Shown here: positions 33,200-44,409 of the stretch, in pieces
Layout: every line of letters begins with the position of its first letter
Position numbering within the stretch: the first letter of the stretch is position 1
Assembly (NCBI RefSeq): GCF_964213995.1
Contig: NC_135808.1
Coordinates: 91,760,001 to 91,824,000 of the forward strand
Length of the DNA stretch: 64,000 nucleotides
Direction: 5' to 3'
Origin: Mustelus asterias
Taxonomy: Eukaryota
Translations under genes and position numbers: made by a program
Notes under the pieces: generated by a model
The model's input: the letters and a program-made list of their open reading frames with translations, nothing else
Database searches by the model: none
What the model was told of the DNA's origin: nothing

Positions 33200-35690
33200 G
33201 CCGCCCCAGTTGACAAGCACTCTCTCCAGGACTTCCCCCCGCACCAGATATTCAGAAGGTGACGGGGTGGCATCCTGCCAGCATATGCCTTCACCCCCAA
33301 GGGGGGTTTCAGAGCTAAGTGCTCAGGCAGTCAGCACTATCCACAGTGTGCACCGCTCAGGGGGAACCAGAGAGGACTCGGGCAGGGGTGGGGGTCCCAG
33401 AATCGCCATTTCAGGGAGAGGGATTGGGAGGGATCACTTGCAAACCTTACCTTCCCTTCATGTCAGGTTGCTCCTTGCTTTAAAGGAGTTGTAAAGGCTG
33501 GTATGCAGGCAGTGCTTCCCATGTCCACCTTCCTGGGTTCCTGTCCATTTCACAGCTGAAGGAGTGTCCTTCCTTAGTGGGGGCTGGCAAGAGGGTGGGA
33601 GGGATATGACATTGCCATTCTCACACTCTAAGAAGTTTAACAACACCAGGTTAAAGTCCAACAGTTTAACAACACCAGGTTAAAGTCCCACAGTTGAGTC
33701 ACACTCCACAGGGATGAGGTGCCGGGTGAGCGCGGTGGTTCCCCCAAAGCTTGGTGGCATGAACAAACAGGGTGGAGGTTCTGTGGGTGAATGAAGTGAA
33801 ATTCATTGACAAATATTCAAAACAAAATGGTCACTCATCTACACTAGTGCTTATATTCACCCGTGTCCACTAAGTGCCTACAGTTTCTTAATTTTCCTGA
33901 TCCTCCTACTACATCTAGGTATATCCCCAGGATCCACAGCTGAGGTTGAGGTGGGCCTGCTGACTTCCATGCCTGGGATGACCTTGGTGTGCATCCCCTG
34001 GGGTGGGCTGGGACCTTGAGGGTCTCGGTCTATTTTCGAGCAGCACAGTTGACTGCTTTCCTCCTCGGTGTCAGGGGCTGAAGGTGTGTCATTCATGGGG
34101 GGGGTGGTTTCAGATGGGCTGGAGATGCCCAGGGTCCCCTGGCTGTACTCCTGCTGTTCCTCTTCCATTCAGGTTCCCGGCGGCCCCTGTACTCCTCCAT
34201 GGGATGGTGGAGCAGCTGGAGTGAGATCCAGAAGCTCCGCCGTCCTCTGGCACCAACACTCATGGATTCCCACCAGTGCCGGAACCATCTCCTGCCATGG
34301 AGGGCATGTCCTGCACTAAGGTCTCCACTGCGGACGCCAACCTCGCAGTGTTGGCCATGGTGGGCTACAGTGATGGCACCATCTCCTCAAATAGAAGGCA
34401 ATGGGACTCCTCCAATCAGCCTTGCGGTCTGAGGAGGGCTGCTGTCATCCCCTCCTGATACTAGTGACTCTGCCTTTGCAGATCCAGCAGCTGAGGGACG
34501 ACCGGACCCAGGGGCACGTCATCGGCCAGGGGTTCAGCAGAGTTCTGGGCTCTGGCATCCCTCCAAGTGCTGGTTTCCTTGCCGTCTCCACCTGCTGTCA
34601 GCTGTGAGGTGCTCACCCAGTGAGTGACCCAGAAGCCTATCTAATTATTGGACCCACCAAGGTATGAGTATCTGTGCTGGTGCCGGATGAGGGTGACAGC
34701 TGTGACGTCTCTTTAACGGTAAAATTGGAGAATTCACCCTCAGAGCTGCTGAAGTCCGGGGTGTCTAGAGGATGCGAGGATAGTCTGGCCAGCCTGCAAG
34801 AGAAGGGGATACAAAGGGAACATTGATTACTCATTTGTACCTTGAGGAATGACAGCATACGTGTTGAGGATTCTCACATTTCTCTGCTGCTCCCACTTTA
34901 CCAGCAGCGCAGGCACACTCTTCCTCCTCCCTGGCCAGGTTGAGGGCTCACTCCTCAAAACTTTTGAGGGTTCTCAGCTTGGGCATGACTCCAGCTGGCT
35001 GTGCCCATTCACGCCTGTTGTGGTTGAGTTTGTCCTGCAGTGACACAGAGAGGAAGAGTGTAGGTGGGAGTGTTGACATTTAAGATGGTGATGAGGTGTG
35101 GCAGGCGTGTGGCTTGGGTGGGAGCTGGAATGTGAGGAGCGTAGCTGCTACTGGGGGAACATAGTGATTGTGGGAGGGAGGAGAGAACCTGGCGCCTGGT
35201 GTTGGCAGAGGTGGCTGAGTGGGAGAAAGGGTTGGGGATGCGAAGTGTTTGCGGGGGGTTCAGTAGGCGACTGGGGGTGGTTCATTTACCTTGGCTGAGC
35301 GAAGAACATCATTGATCTTCTTCCAACTGCTGCCCTTCCTGACCAGGGGCTGCCACTGCATCCCAGGCGGGGTGGTGGCCCTGCTGGAAGACCTCTCCTG
35401 GAGAGAGGGTAAGGTGTGTTCTGCCTCTGCTCCACTCCATCCAGCATCCTAATAGGGGCCATCTCAGAAACGCGCGGTGCTGCTTTCTTGGCTGTCATCC
35501 CCAGCAGTTGTTGTGGAACAAGTGCTGGGGAGCCGTTTATGTGGCGCTCCCCAGTGTTTGTAGCAGTGTGGGGCAGAGGGGATGAAATCAGAGGGGATAT
35601 GCTGCTTCACATGGGCATGAAAATTATCGCTGATGAGGCATAAGATTCCGCCCCGAAACACACTGGCGTCAGTGGCAGGAAACACTCAGT
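33200..35690 (-). mobile_element. PIF/Harbinger DNA transposon remnant with spliced Myb/SANT-like gene fragments
   Basis: MTAKKAAPR..RMLDGVEQR at 35498 ending at an AAG|GTAAAT donor (~35290); next segment QDKLNHNRRE...LRTLKSFEE (~34860-35040). GC-rich, with stops and frameshifts. Confidence 0.6.
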
Positions 35691-36104
35691 TTTTCGCAAC
35701 AAAAACAGAAGATGCTGGAAAATTTCCAGAGGTCTGACAGCATCTGTGGAGAGAGAATAGAGCCAACGTTTTGCTGGGTTTTTTTCGGTTGGAATCCACG
35801 TGGGGTAAGCCGGTGACCGAGACCGTAGCTGAGGAAGGCAATATGGTTTTGGTAAACACCTTGTCGAACACCATGAGGGAAATGGAAAACAATGAAGGTG
35901 GGCAGGGTGAATGTGACAAATGGAAATCCCGTGGAAGGGAAGAGCAGTACTTCTTCAGGGCAGGCATTTCTGGAAGAGAAGTGGCACTGAGTTAAACACT
36001 AAGAGAAAAGCACATTACTGCGGATGCTGGAATCTGAAACAAGAACAGAAAATCCTAGAAAATCTCAGTATATCTGACAGCATCTGTGGAGAGAGAATAG
36101 AGCC

Positions 36105-36135
36105 AACGTTTCGAGTCTGGATGACCCTTCGTCAG
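36105..36135 (-). ncRNA. Minimal hammerhead ribozyme motif (Penelope type)
   Basis: Minus strand CUGACGA-A-GGGUC-AUCCA-GACUC-GAA-ACGU-U: both conserved core boxes, paired helix II, palindromic ACGU. Confidence 0.6.
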
Positions 36136-36179
36136 AGCAAAAAACTCAATTTTAATTTCATGCTGGAACCAACACTTAC

Positions 36180-36790
36180 CAGCAATTTTTTGGTAAGATT
36201 TCACCCAAAATTTGAAGTAATGCATCCTCTTCCTGATTAATTATGCCCTTCCTGGATTGCAAGAGGTAGCCCTATATTGCTATCCTACAAAGTCGGAACA
36301 TTGATAAATCTAATGTTGGATTTACAGCTGAAAACTAGACATCATTGATGGTAATGTCATTCCAGTGTACTGTTGATGGTTAAGTGGTCAAGTTCATCAA
36401 TTTAAATTTCCATGGTTAAAAAAAAACTTTTCATATTTAACGTTGGAAATTCTTTAGCAATTAAAGTGATTTCAGGGATATGAAAGTGAGCAATTTTGGA
36501 CAGTTGCTTGCTTACAGTAACTGCATCTGCCATGTAGCATGTAATAACGTTGCATGACCACTCGGGGTCAGTAGTACTTCAGGAATAGTGTCACCGGATG
36601 CCTGACAAATTCACTGTATAATTGATGGTAGGTTGGGATATAATTAGACATTGACAGATGGTATCTTTATTATACAACACCAAATGACACTGCAAATTTC
36701 TGTGACTGGAACTGCCAAGCAGTTCTTTTCTTCAAAAAAATAATTTGTAGATTGAACCATGCTACTTGTGATGAGAAAATTCATAATTCA
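36180..36790 (-). pseudogene. Possible N-terminal exon of the same TLR pseudogene
   Basis: Stop-riddled frames with Cys cluster KNCLAVPVTEICSVIWCC, LPSIIQ*IC, LTFISLKSL*LLK, FKLMNLTT and TLDLS, ending at a consensus TG|GTAAGT donor at 36180. Similarity is weak. Confidence 0.3.
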
Positions 36791-38536
36791 CTTTATCATA
36801 GACACCAAATTTAATACAAATGTATAAAATTTGCAGCGAGAATACTTTCAGGGTTTGAAGGAAGAGTGCAAATCAACATGAACAGTTCAAATTAGAAAGA
36901 TATCAAAAGAGAAAATGCTGGAAAATCTCAGCAAGAAAAGAGCTGATGTTTCGAATCCAGATGACCCTTTGTCAAAGCCCATTTGCTTTTATCCAAATTA
37001 GAAAGATTTTTTGACTTCTTGCGAGGACAATGCAGCGAGTATTCAATAAGGTTAATAAACCACAGATAACAATATCAGTTTAAGATCTGGTCTACGAGCA
37101 CCAAAGAAAGAAGGCTAAAGGCGAATCTCTGCCGCATTGGTCAAATGTGCTAGGGCCGTGGAAGTCGACATGTCTTGCACTCTTGGTATCCTAAAATAGT
37201 ACTGAAGGAAGTGGAAAGCTGAAAGTGCTGGTCTCTTAAAGTCTAAAAATACTGCACAAAATCAGGATTCATTTTCTCTCGTTTTGCTTGGGGGGGAGAG
37301 AGAGCGAGAGAGAATATGAAAGTACTGTGTACAGAAGGTAATTCCCTCAAATTTCCTTTCTTTCTCCTTTAAGCATTTTACTGAGACCACCTCTGCCGAA
37401 CTCTTCAGTGATGTGGAAATGCCGGCGTTGGACTGGGGTAAACACAGTAAGAAGTTTAACAACACCAGGTTAAAGTCACAGGTCTCCCAAACTGATCACC
37501 AAAACAAGTTCTATTTTCAGAAACGACACTTGTGGGAACGTGGAGCAAATTGCACAAGGATACCTTAGGTTTCCAATGTCAACCTCCCAGGGTGCAACAT
37601 GGTATTAAAAGGGCCGTAAGTGTTCCCTGTGCACACTTGGATCTGGCTTCAGACACAAATGGCTGTGATAATTAGTAAACTGACGTTTGTTTACATGGAT
37701 CATAAGCATATCACATTTCACAAACATCCGCTTTGAGTCCACCCGTCGTCATTCACTGCCACCAGTCCTGACAAGTTGCGTGAATCCAAAAGTCGGCACA
37801 GAAATCGGGCAGTAAAACCTTCACACACCTCTCCAAGTTGGATTTCTGTCTTTCACAGGTAGTCACGATCAATACACAAAATAATCCACACTTGTTGAGC
37901 CAGAATGATTGCAGTAAGTATCGAGCTATGGGAAGCATTGGCAACCCAAACAGGTTTCTGTTTGCCTTAAGAGAGACACCTTTCCCTTTTAGATCCATTT
38001 TAGATATGCCACCTAATATTTAAAGGAAACATTAAACTCTGAATAAATTAAATTAAAAGTTCAACCAGACTTCAATGACGAGACGATTTTATAGTATAAC
38101 ATTTTTAATCAAATAATGAATGTTCTAGTCATAGTTTACAACACTTCATTAATTACTTAATACCACAGAATTATAGCCTTGCAAGATAAAGATAAGGTTG
38201 GAGCGTAAAAATCACTGCTGGTCCAAAGACATTCATGTGATATTCCTCAGTCCTAGTTTATTGCACGTGTTAACCAGTTGTTTCAAATGGGGTTAATCTC
38301 TAAAAATAAGGGACTGAAGAATGTCAAGAAAGCCATATTAAATACAAGTTCACTAATATCATCAACAGGAATTTCAATTTAGATTTCCATGAAGAAACTA
38401 CTTGCACTTTTACATGGCATACTTGTTATCCCAGTGGTTCAGTAGGTAAAGACATTGCCTGCTGTTGTTTTGGACAAAGCAGACCATATCTGTCCCAGTT
38501 TTGATTTGGGGTTTGTTCTGTGGTGGCACAATAGGG

Positions 38537-39150
38537 TTGCATGGTGGCACAGTGGTTAGCACTGCTGCCTCACAGCACCATGGACCCAAGTTTGATTCCC
38601 AGCTTGGGTCACTTTGTGTGGAGTTTGCACGTTCTCCCCGTGTCTGCGTGGGTTTCCTCCAGGTACTCCGGTTTCCTCCCACAGTCTAAAAGACATGCTG
38701 GTGAAAGTTTGAACTTTATTTATCAGTGTCACAGGAAGGCTTACATTAAATGCAATGAAGTTACTGTGAAAATCGCCTCGTCAAGATACTCCTCCACCTG
38801 TTTTCGGTACACAGAGGGAGAATTTAGCATGGCCAATGCACCTAACCAGCGCATCTTTCAGACCATGGGAGGAAACCGGAGCACCCAGAGGAAACCCACA
38901 CAGAAGGGGGGAGAACGTGCAGACTCTGCACAGGCAGTGACCCAAGCTTTGAGTCGAACCTGGGTACCTGGCGCTGTGAGGCAGCAGTGCTAACCATTGT
39001 GCCACCATGCCGCCCTTGGTCCATTGGTCATGTTAAATTCTCCCTCAGTGTACCTGGACAGCTGCCAGAGTGTGGCAACGAGGGGATTTTCACAGTAACT
39101 TCATTGCAGTGTTAATGTAAGCCTATTTCTGACACTAATAAATAAACTTT
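38537..39150. mobile_element. HE1 SINE (+) with a second HE1 nested in reverse at ~38706-39016
   Basis: Plus copy breaks after AGACATGCTGGT and resumes CATTGGTCATG at ~39021. Confidence 0.85.
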
Positions 39151-40467
39151 ATAACTTTCTCAACTGTTCTGAGCCACAGCAGCTTTTAGTTTCAGTGTCC
39201 ATTAGTTGAGAGGAAGGGTAAATGGCCAGGATTTCTCCACCTGATCATTTCTCACTCTGGAAATAGGTGTGCAGATCTCAATTCCGCGAGGCAGTGTGAA
39301 AAGGGTGACAGCAAGGCAACAACAGCCAGGTTTACAACCCTCCTCATTGTTGACCCACTGATGCCAATTGGAGTAAAAATCAAGAGAGATTTGTAGCTGG
39401 CAGCTGACTTTCCGTCACCCCTTTCACAATGCTCATGGAATTGAGATTTATTCCTCTGGTGTGTGGATGTCTGGTAAGGGCAGAATCAAGCTGTTCTTCT
39501 TCGTAATCTATTAAAGAATGACCACTTGGGCAAAGGGCATGAGGGTGGCTACAAAAATGTAAACCAGCCTGTGAGTGTGCCTTCAGGAGAGAGAAATAAA
39601 AAAATGCAGAGAAATAGAGGGGAAGATGGAGTCTTGTTCTCAAAAAAGCGGCACACTTTTTTTAGTTCTTATTTTCACCACTTTTTGGGGGGAGGGGAAA
39701 CACACCTATTCTACTAAGGAGGAAGCATGTATTGAAAAGCAGTTTGCACTTCACTTCCTCATCCACGTAAATTGGTAAAATGTGAGACTGGGCGGGGGGG
39801 GGTGGTGGGGGGGTTAGTTTATTTTCATCGTAATGTTAAATACTGGAGAGTTTGTCAACCACTCTCTTGGAACAAACCAGGCATTATTTGCATACATTTC
39901 AGTCATGGGATAAATTAAATAATGTGAATTATTTATCTGCATTCTTAAACTGTACCGCTAGAAATAACAAGACATCTTCAATCAGTTAAGATATTCTGCT
40001 TTATTCGATTGTCATGGTAAAAGCTAAGAACAGTGATAGTAGGTGGGCAAGGTTGAGTCCACAGGCAACGCCAGACGATACCAGCCACCGACTCTCTCAG
40101 ACTGATTACTCAGTCTTCAATGGTTTGACCTTTTGTGGCCTTGCAGTAATAAACCCAGCTCATAAACTCAATTGATAGCAACATGCTGTGAGAGCCTTGG
40201 AGGTACATTTTGTCAAAATATAGCCTTGTAGCCTTGAGAGAATTTCAGTAAATGAGCCATTCGCACCAAACAAGTGGGATTTTTCTGTTGCAGTTGCTAT
40301 GGTAATATTCCTGACATGTTTTGTGTCATATTAAAATGATAAATATTGAGTTTAAAAACATTAATTTACAAGCACAAGTTAATGGTACACTCAAGTATCA
40401 GTGCTCTTGCACGACCTCTCACAGTTTCTGTCACTGTCTCTGAGAGGAGAAAGGCTCTTCCAGATTG

Positions 40468-41139
40468 ATGTGGAGATGCCAGCGTTGGACTGGGGTAAAC
40501 ACAGTAAGAGTTTTAACAACACCAGGTTAAAGTCCAACAGGTTTATTTGGTAGCAAATGCCATTAGCTTTCGGAGCGCTGCTCCTTCGTTAAGACCTGGT
40601 TGGCTGTAGAGATTCGCATTCTAATCAGTATTCTGTAACTTGGTTTTGTGTGTCTGTGCCCTGTTTGAGAGCAGATTTCATAGAATCATAGAATCATAGA
40701 AACCCTACAGTAAAGAAAGAGGCCATTCGGCCCATCGAGTCTGCACCGACCACAATCCCACCCAGGCCCTACCCCCATATCCCTACATATTTTACCCACT
40801 AATCCCTCTAATCTACACATCCCAGGACACTAAGGGGCACTTTTAGCATGGCCAATCAACCTAACCCGCACATCTTTGGACTGTGGGAGGAAACCGGAGC
40901 ACCCGGAGGAAACCCACGCAGACACGAGGAGAATGTGCAAACTCCACACAGATAGTGACCCAAGCCGGGAATCGAACCCAGGCCCCTGGAGCTGTGAAGC
41001 AGCAGTGCTAACCACTGTGCTACCCTGCCGCCGATTTCCACTCCATCTGACAAAGGAGCAGCGCTCCGAAAGCTAATGGCATTTGCTACCAAATAAATCT
41101 GTTGGACTTTAACCTGGTGTTGTTAAAACTCTTACTGTG
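40468..41139. mobile_element. Penelope-type element with ~90-bp inverted termini and nested HE1 SINE (~40680-41030, minus)
   Basis: 40500-40590 is the reverse complement of ~41050-41139; TCTTCCAGATTG duplicated at 40456-40467 and 41140-41151. Confidence 0.75.
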
Positions 41140-42424
41140 TCTTCCAGATTGCTCAGTGGGTGAGTGTAGCTCATTGACGTGTTGCTGAACCGCACCAGCC
41201 AGGAAACCAAGATAAAATCCCAATTCGGGACTTTCCACTGCTGCTGTGGTTTCTGTATACATGTACGACAGAAAGTATTGTCACAATTCATAATAGTTTC
41301 TTCGACAGCGCCTCCCTTGTCGAGGCCTCATGCCACTGGGAATCAATTGTGTTTACTTTGACAGTATCCTAACTCGAACACCTAAAACAAACTTCCGCCA
41401 AATGAGTTATGTTGGTAAATGCAGCCGACTGCCCATTACATTCTGATGTCTGAGCCTCATTGGAAATCAGACAGTGAGCTTCAGATTTTGAGAACTGAAA
41501 ATCCGACAGCTCCCCCCCACCCCCCTCACCAAATCGAGCCACCAGGGGAGAGTAAATGGAGCGAGGAGGTGCACTGGGGATGGGGGGAATGTGTGGCCTA
41601 CCCAAAGGACAAGAGTATTCTTATGGAACCATTGAGATAATTCCTGCTCCCCCTGACACTCAAATAATTCCTCCCCTAAAAACGTGCCCAGGCCACGTTT
41701 GGAGCTCTGGTTAGGGGGTTGGGGGGGGGGGGGGGTGTCACCACCCGGTGCAAAATAATGAAACATGTACTTGTGCACTTGCAGAGGAATTGCAAACGGT
41801 GCCCTCGCCATTGTGTGCTCCGGATTTGTGAGCTGTTTCCCATCTGTTTAATGTTCTCTGGAAAGAAAGTCGATTCTCAAATTTCTTCTCTTTATGTTCT
41901 GAGAGAAAATCTCTGGTAACATCCTGAAGTCATGAATCTGACCATTTCCCTGAGTTAGCTCATGGATATAGGGTGCAATTATTCTGCAAACCTCTGCTGA
42001 TAGGCAACCACATTTCCTGATCTGATAACTCATGAAATGCTCACAACAAGCTCACAACAAGAAACAAGTTTCCACAATATGAAGGGGAAGTATCCTCGTG
42101 AAGTCTCGTCAATGAGCGATGTGCTTCCTACACATTTTTGGAGACAAGTGAGTGCTACAACTTGCCAGCAACCTCACTGTAACAAAAACAGCGCAAAGTT
42201 CTTCCTCCCTCCCCGAAAGCTGTTTGTCTTGGGATCAGTTGAGTGGTAACTGCAGTTATGTCCAAGTGGTTTGCAGTGCAGCGGGGGACACATGATTGTG
42301 AATTAGAAAATGTGAAACTGCCGAGGCGACAATCTCTCGAGAGTCTGGAGGGGCCGCTCCGGTGTCAAAGGCAGCCCGAGGGTCTCCATGGCTGGGAGTG
42401 CAGTGGGGGCGGTGGGGATGTGGT

Positions 42425-42690
42425 TCAATCTATGTGTGTGTGTATGTGTTGTGTGTGTCGGCGGGGAGGGGGAGGGGAGGTCAGCGTGTGTGTGTTTGTG
42501 AGGTGGAGTTCAGTATCTGTGGAGTCGGGGTACATAGTGTCTGTGTGTGTGTGTGTGTGTGGGCGGGGGGGGGGGGGGTTCAATGTGTGTCTGTGTTTGT
42601 TGGGGGGTCCAGTGTGTGTGCAAGAAGGGTGAGGTTTCAGGGTGCATGTTTGTGCGGTGTGGGGGGTCCCGTGTGTGTGTTGGGGGGAAT
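42425..42690. repeat. Degenerate (GT)n / poly-G low-complexity tract
   Basis: Alternating GTGTGT and GGGG runs. Confidence 0.8.
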
Positions 42691-42984
42691 ACATAATCAG
42701 TTTTAAATGATTCATGAGTTACAAAAGTTGAACACAATTGGGGTCTGTCTCAATTCTGTGGCGAACAGTCGGTGTTTTTAGTCATGACAGTGAATGATAA
42801 CGTCAGTTGTTAAATGTTGACGCTCTGTGTCCACTCATTTGGAAATGTGCAGCTGAGGAGAGTGGGTCAGAGGTATGAAATTTACTGAATTCGAGAGTTC
42901 ATGAAATACGTTCAGCCTCTCAAACACCCCGCCCACATCATGGACTGACGACAAAGCAACGCCTCTAAGAGCCAGTCCCCACTC

Positions 42985-43820
42985 TCCACCTCCAGCCCCA
43001 AACCCCAGCTCATCCCCAAACCCCAGCTCAGTACCAAACCCCAGCTCCAGCCCCAGCCCCAAACCCCAGCTCAGTACCAAACCCCAGCTCCAGCCCCAAA
43101 CCCCAGCTCATCCCCAAACCCCAGCTCAGTACCAAACCCCAGCTCAGTCCCAAATCCCACCTCCAGCCCCAAACCCCAGCTCAGTACCAAACCCCAGCTC
43201 CAGCCCCAGCCCCAAACCCCAGCTCAGTACCAAACCCCAGCTCCAGCCCCAGCCCCAGCCCCAAACCCCAGCTCAGTACCAAACCCCAGCTCCAGCCCCA
43301 GCCCCAAACCCCAGCTCAGTACCAAACCCCAGCTCAGTCCCAAAGCCCACCTCCAGCCCCAAACCCCAGCTCATCCCCAAACCCCAGCTCAGTACCAAAC
43401 CCCAGCTCAGTGCCAAATCCCACCTCCAGCCCCAAACCCCAGCTTAGCCCCATCCCCAGTTCAGCCCCAAACCCCAGTTCAGCCCCAAACCCCAGCTCAG
43501 CCCCAAACCCCAGCTCAGCCCCAAACCCCAGCTCATCCCCAAACCCCAGCTCAGTCCCAACCCCAGCTCAGTCCCAACCCCAGCTCAGCCCCAAACCCCA
43601 GCTTAGCCCCATCCCCAGTTCAGCCCCAAACCCCAGCTCAGCCCCAAACCCCAGCTCAGCCCCAAACCCCAGCTCAGTCCCAACCCCAGCTCAGTCCCAA
43701 CCCCAGCTCAGCCCCAAACCCCAGCTCAGCCCCATCCCCAGCTCAGCCCCAAACCCCAGCTCAGCCCCAAACCCCAGCTCAGCCCCATCCCCAAACCCCA
43801 GCTCAGCCCCATCTCCAGCT
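42985..43820. repeat. 18-bp C-rich minisatellite (CCCCAAACCCCAGCTCAG)n
   Basis: Roughly 45 degenerate units with higher-order blocks. Confidence 0.95.
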
Positions 43821-44409
43821 CCTGTCCCATTCTCCTCCACCCCCCTCGCTCTGCCCCGCCCTGCCGCCTCCAGGCCCATTCACCAGCTCATTCCCAATGC
43901 CAGCCACAGCTTGTTCCCACTCTCACCTTGGCCCAAATGCCAATAAATCCCAGTTCCAGTCCTATTCCCAGCTCCAGCTCATTCACAATCTACGTCCTTG
44001 GTGCCAGACAAGGTGTAGTCTAAAATGTCCTCAATAGCAGAACAGACAAAGGAAGACTGTGCATCTCACCAGCTGCAAAGATGGAAGAAGGCTATGGCGG
44101 TATCGTGGTTCAACATGTCACTGAAATCTGATCGCCAAACCATCACAATCATGTGGAGTGGACAATGATGTCGCCACAAGGATTACACATCCAAGGTGAA
44201 ATAACAACTTGTCCAGCAAGCTCTCACGAGTCAAAATATCTTAATGATGAGGCAAATTGACAGAGAGGAAACAAGAAAGAAAAGGAAGCAATCCTGCATT
44301 CGGGATCCCATTACCTTATGGGACATGCTTCCCACGTGCCCAAAAATCGATGGGTCAGAATTCAGCCTGAAGACCCATGGCACATGACACTGAATAGACA
44401 TCATCCTTG

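Noticed and set aside
42985-43820. A true immunoglobulin switch region or telomeric array
   Set aside because: No Ig exons were seen in the window and the unit is not TTAGGG; kept only as a sequence resemblance.
43410-43946. 178-aa Pro/Ser-rich ORF
   Set aside because: Translation of the 18-bp minisatellite; GTG start and no splice context.
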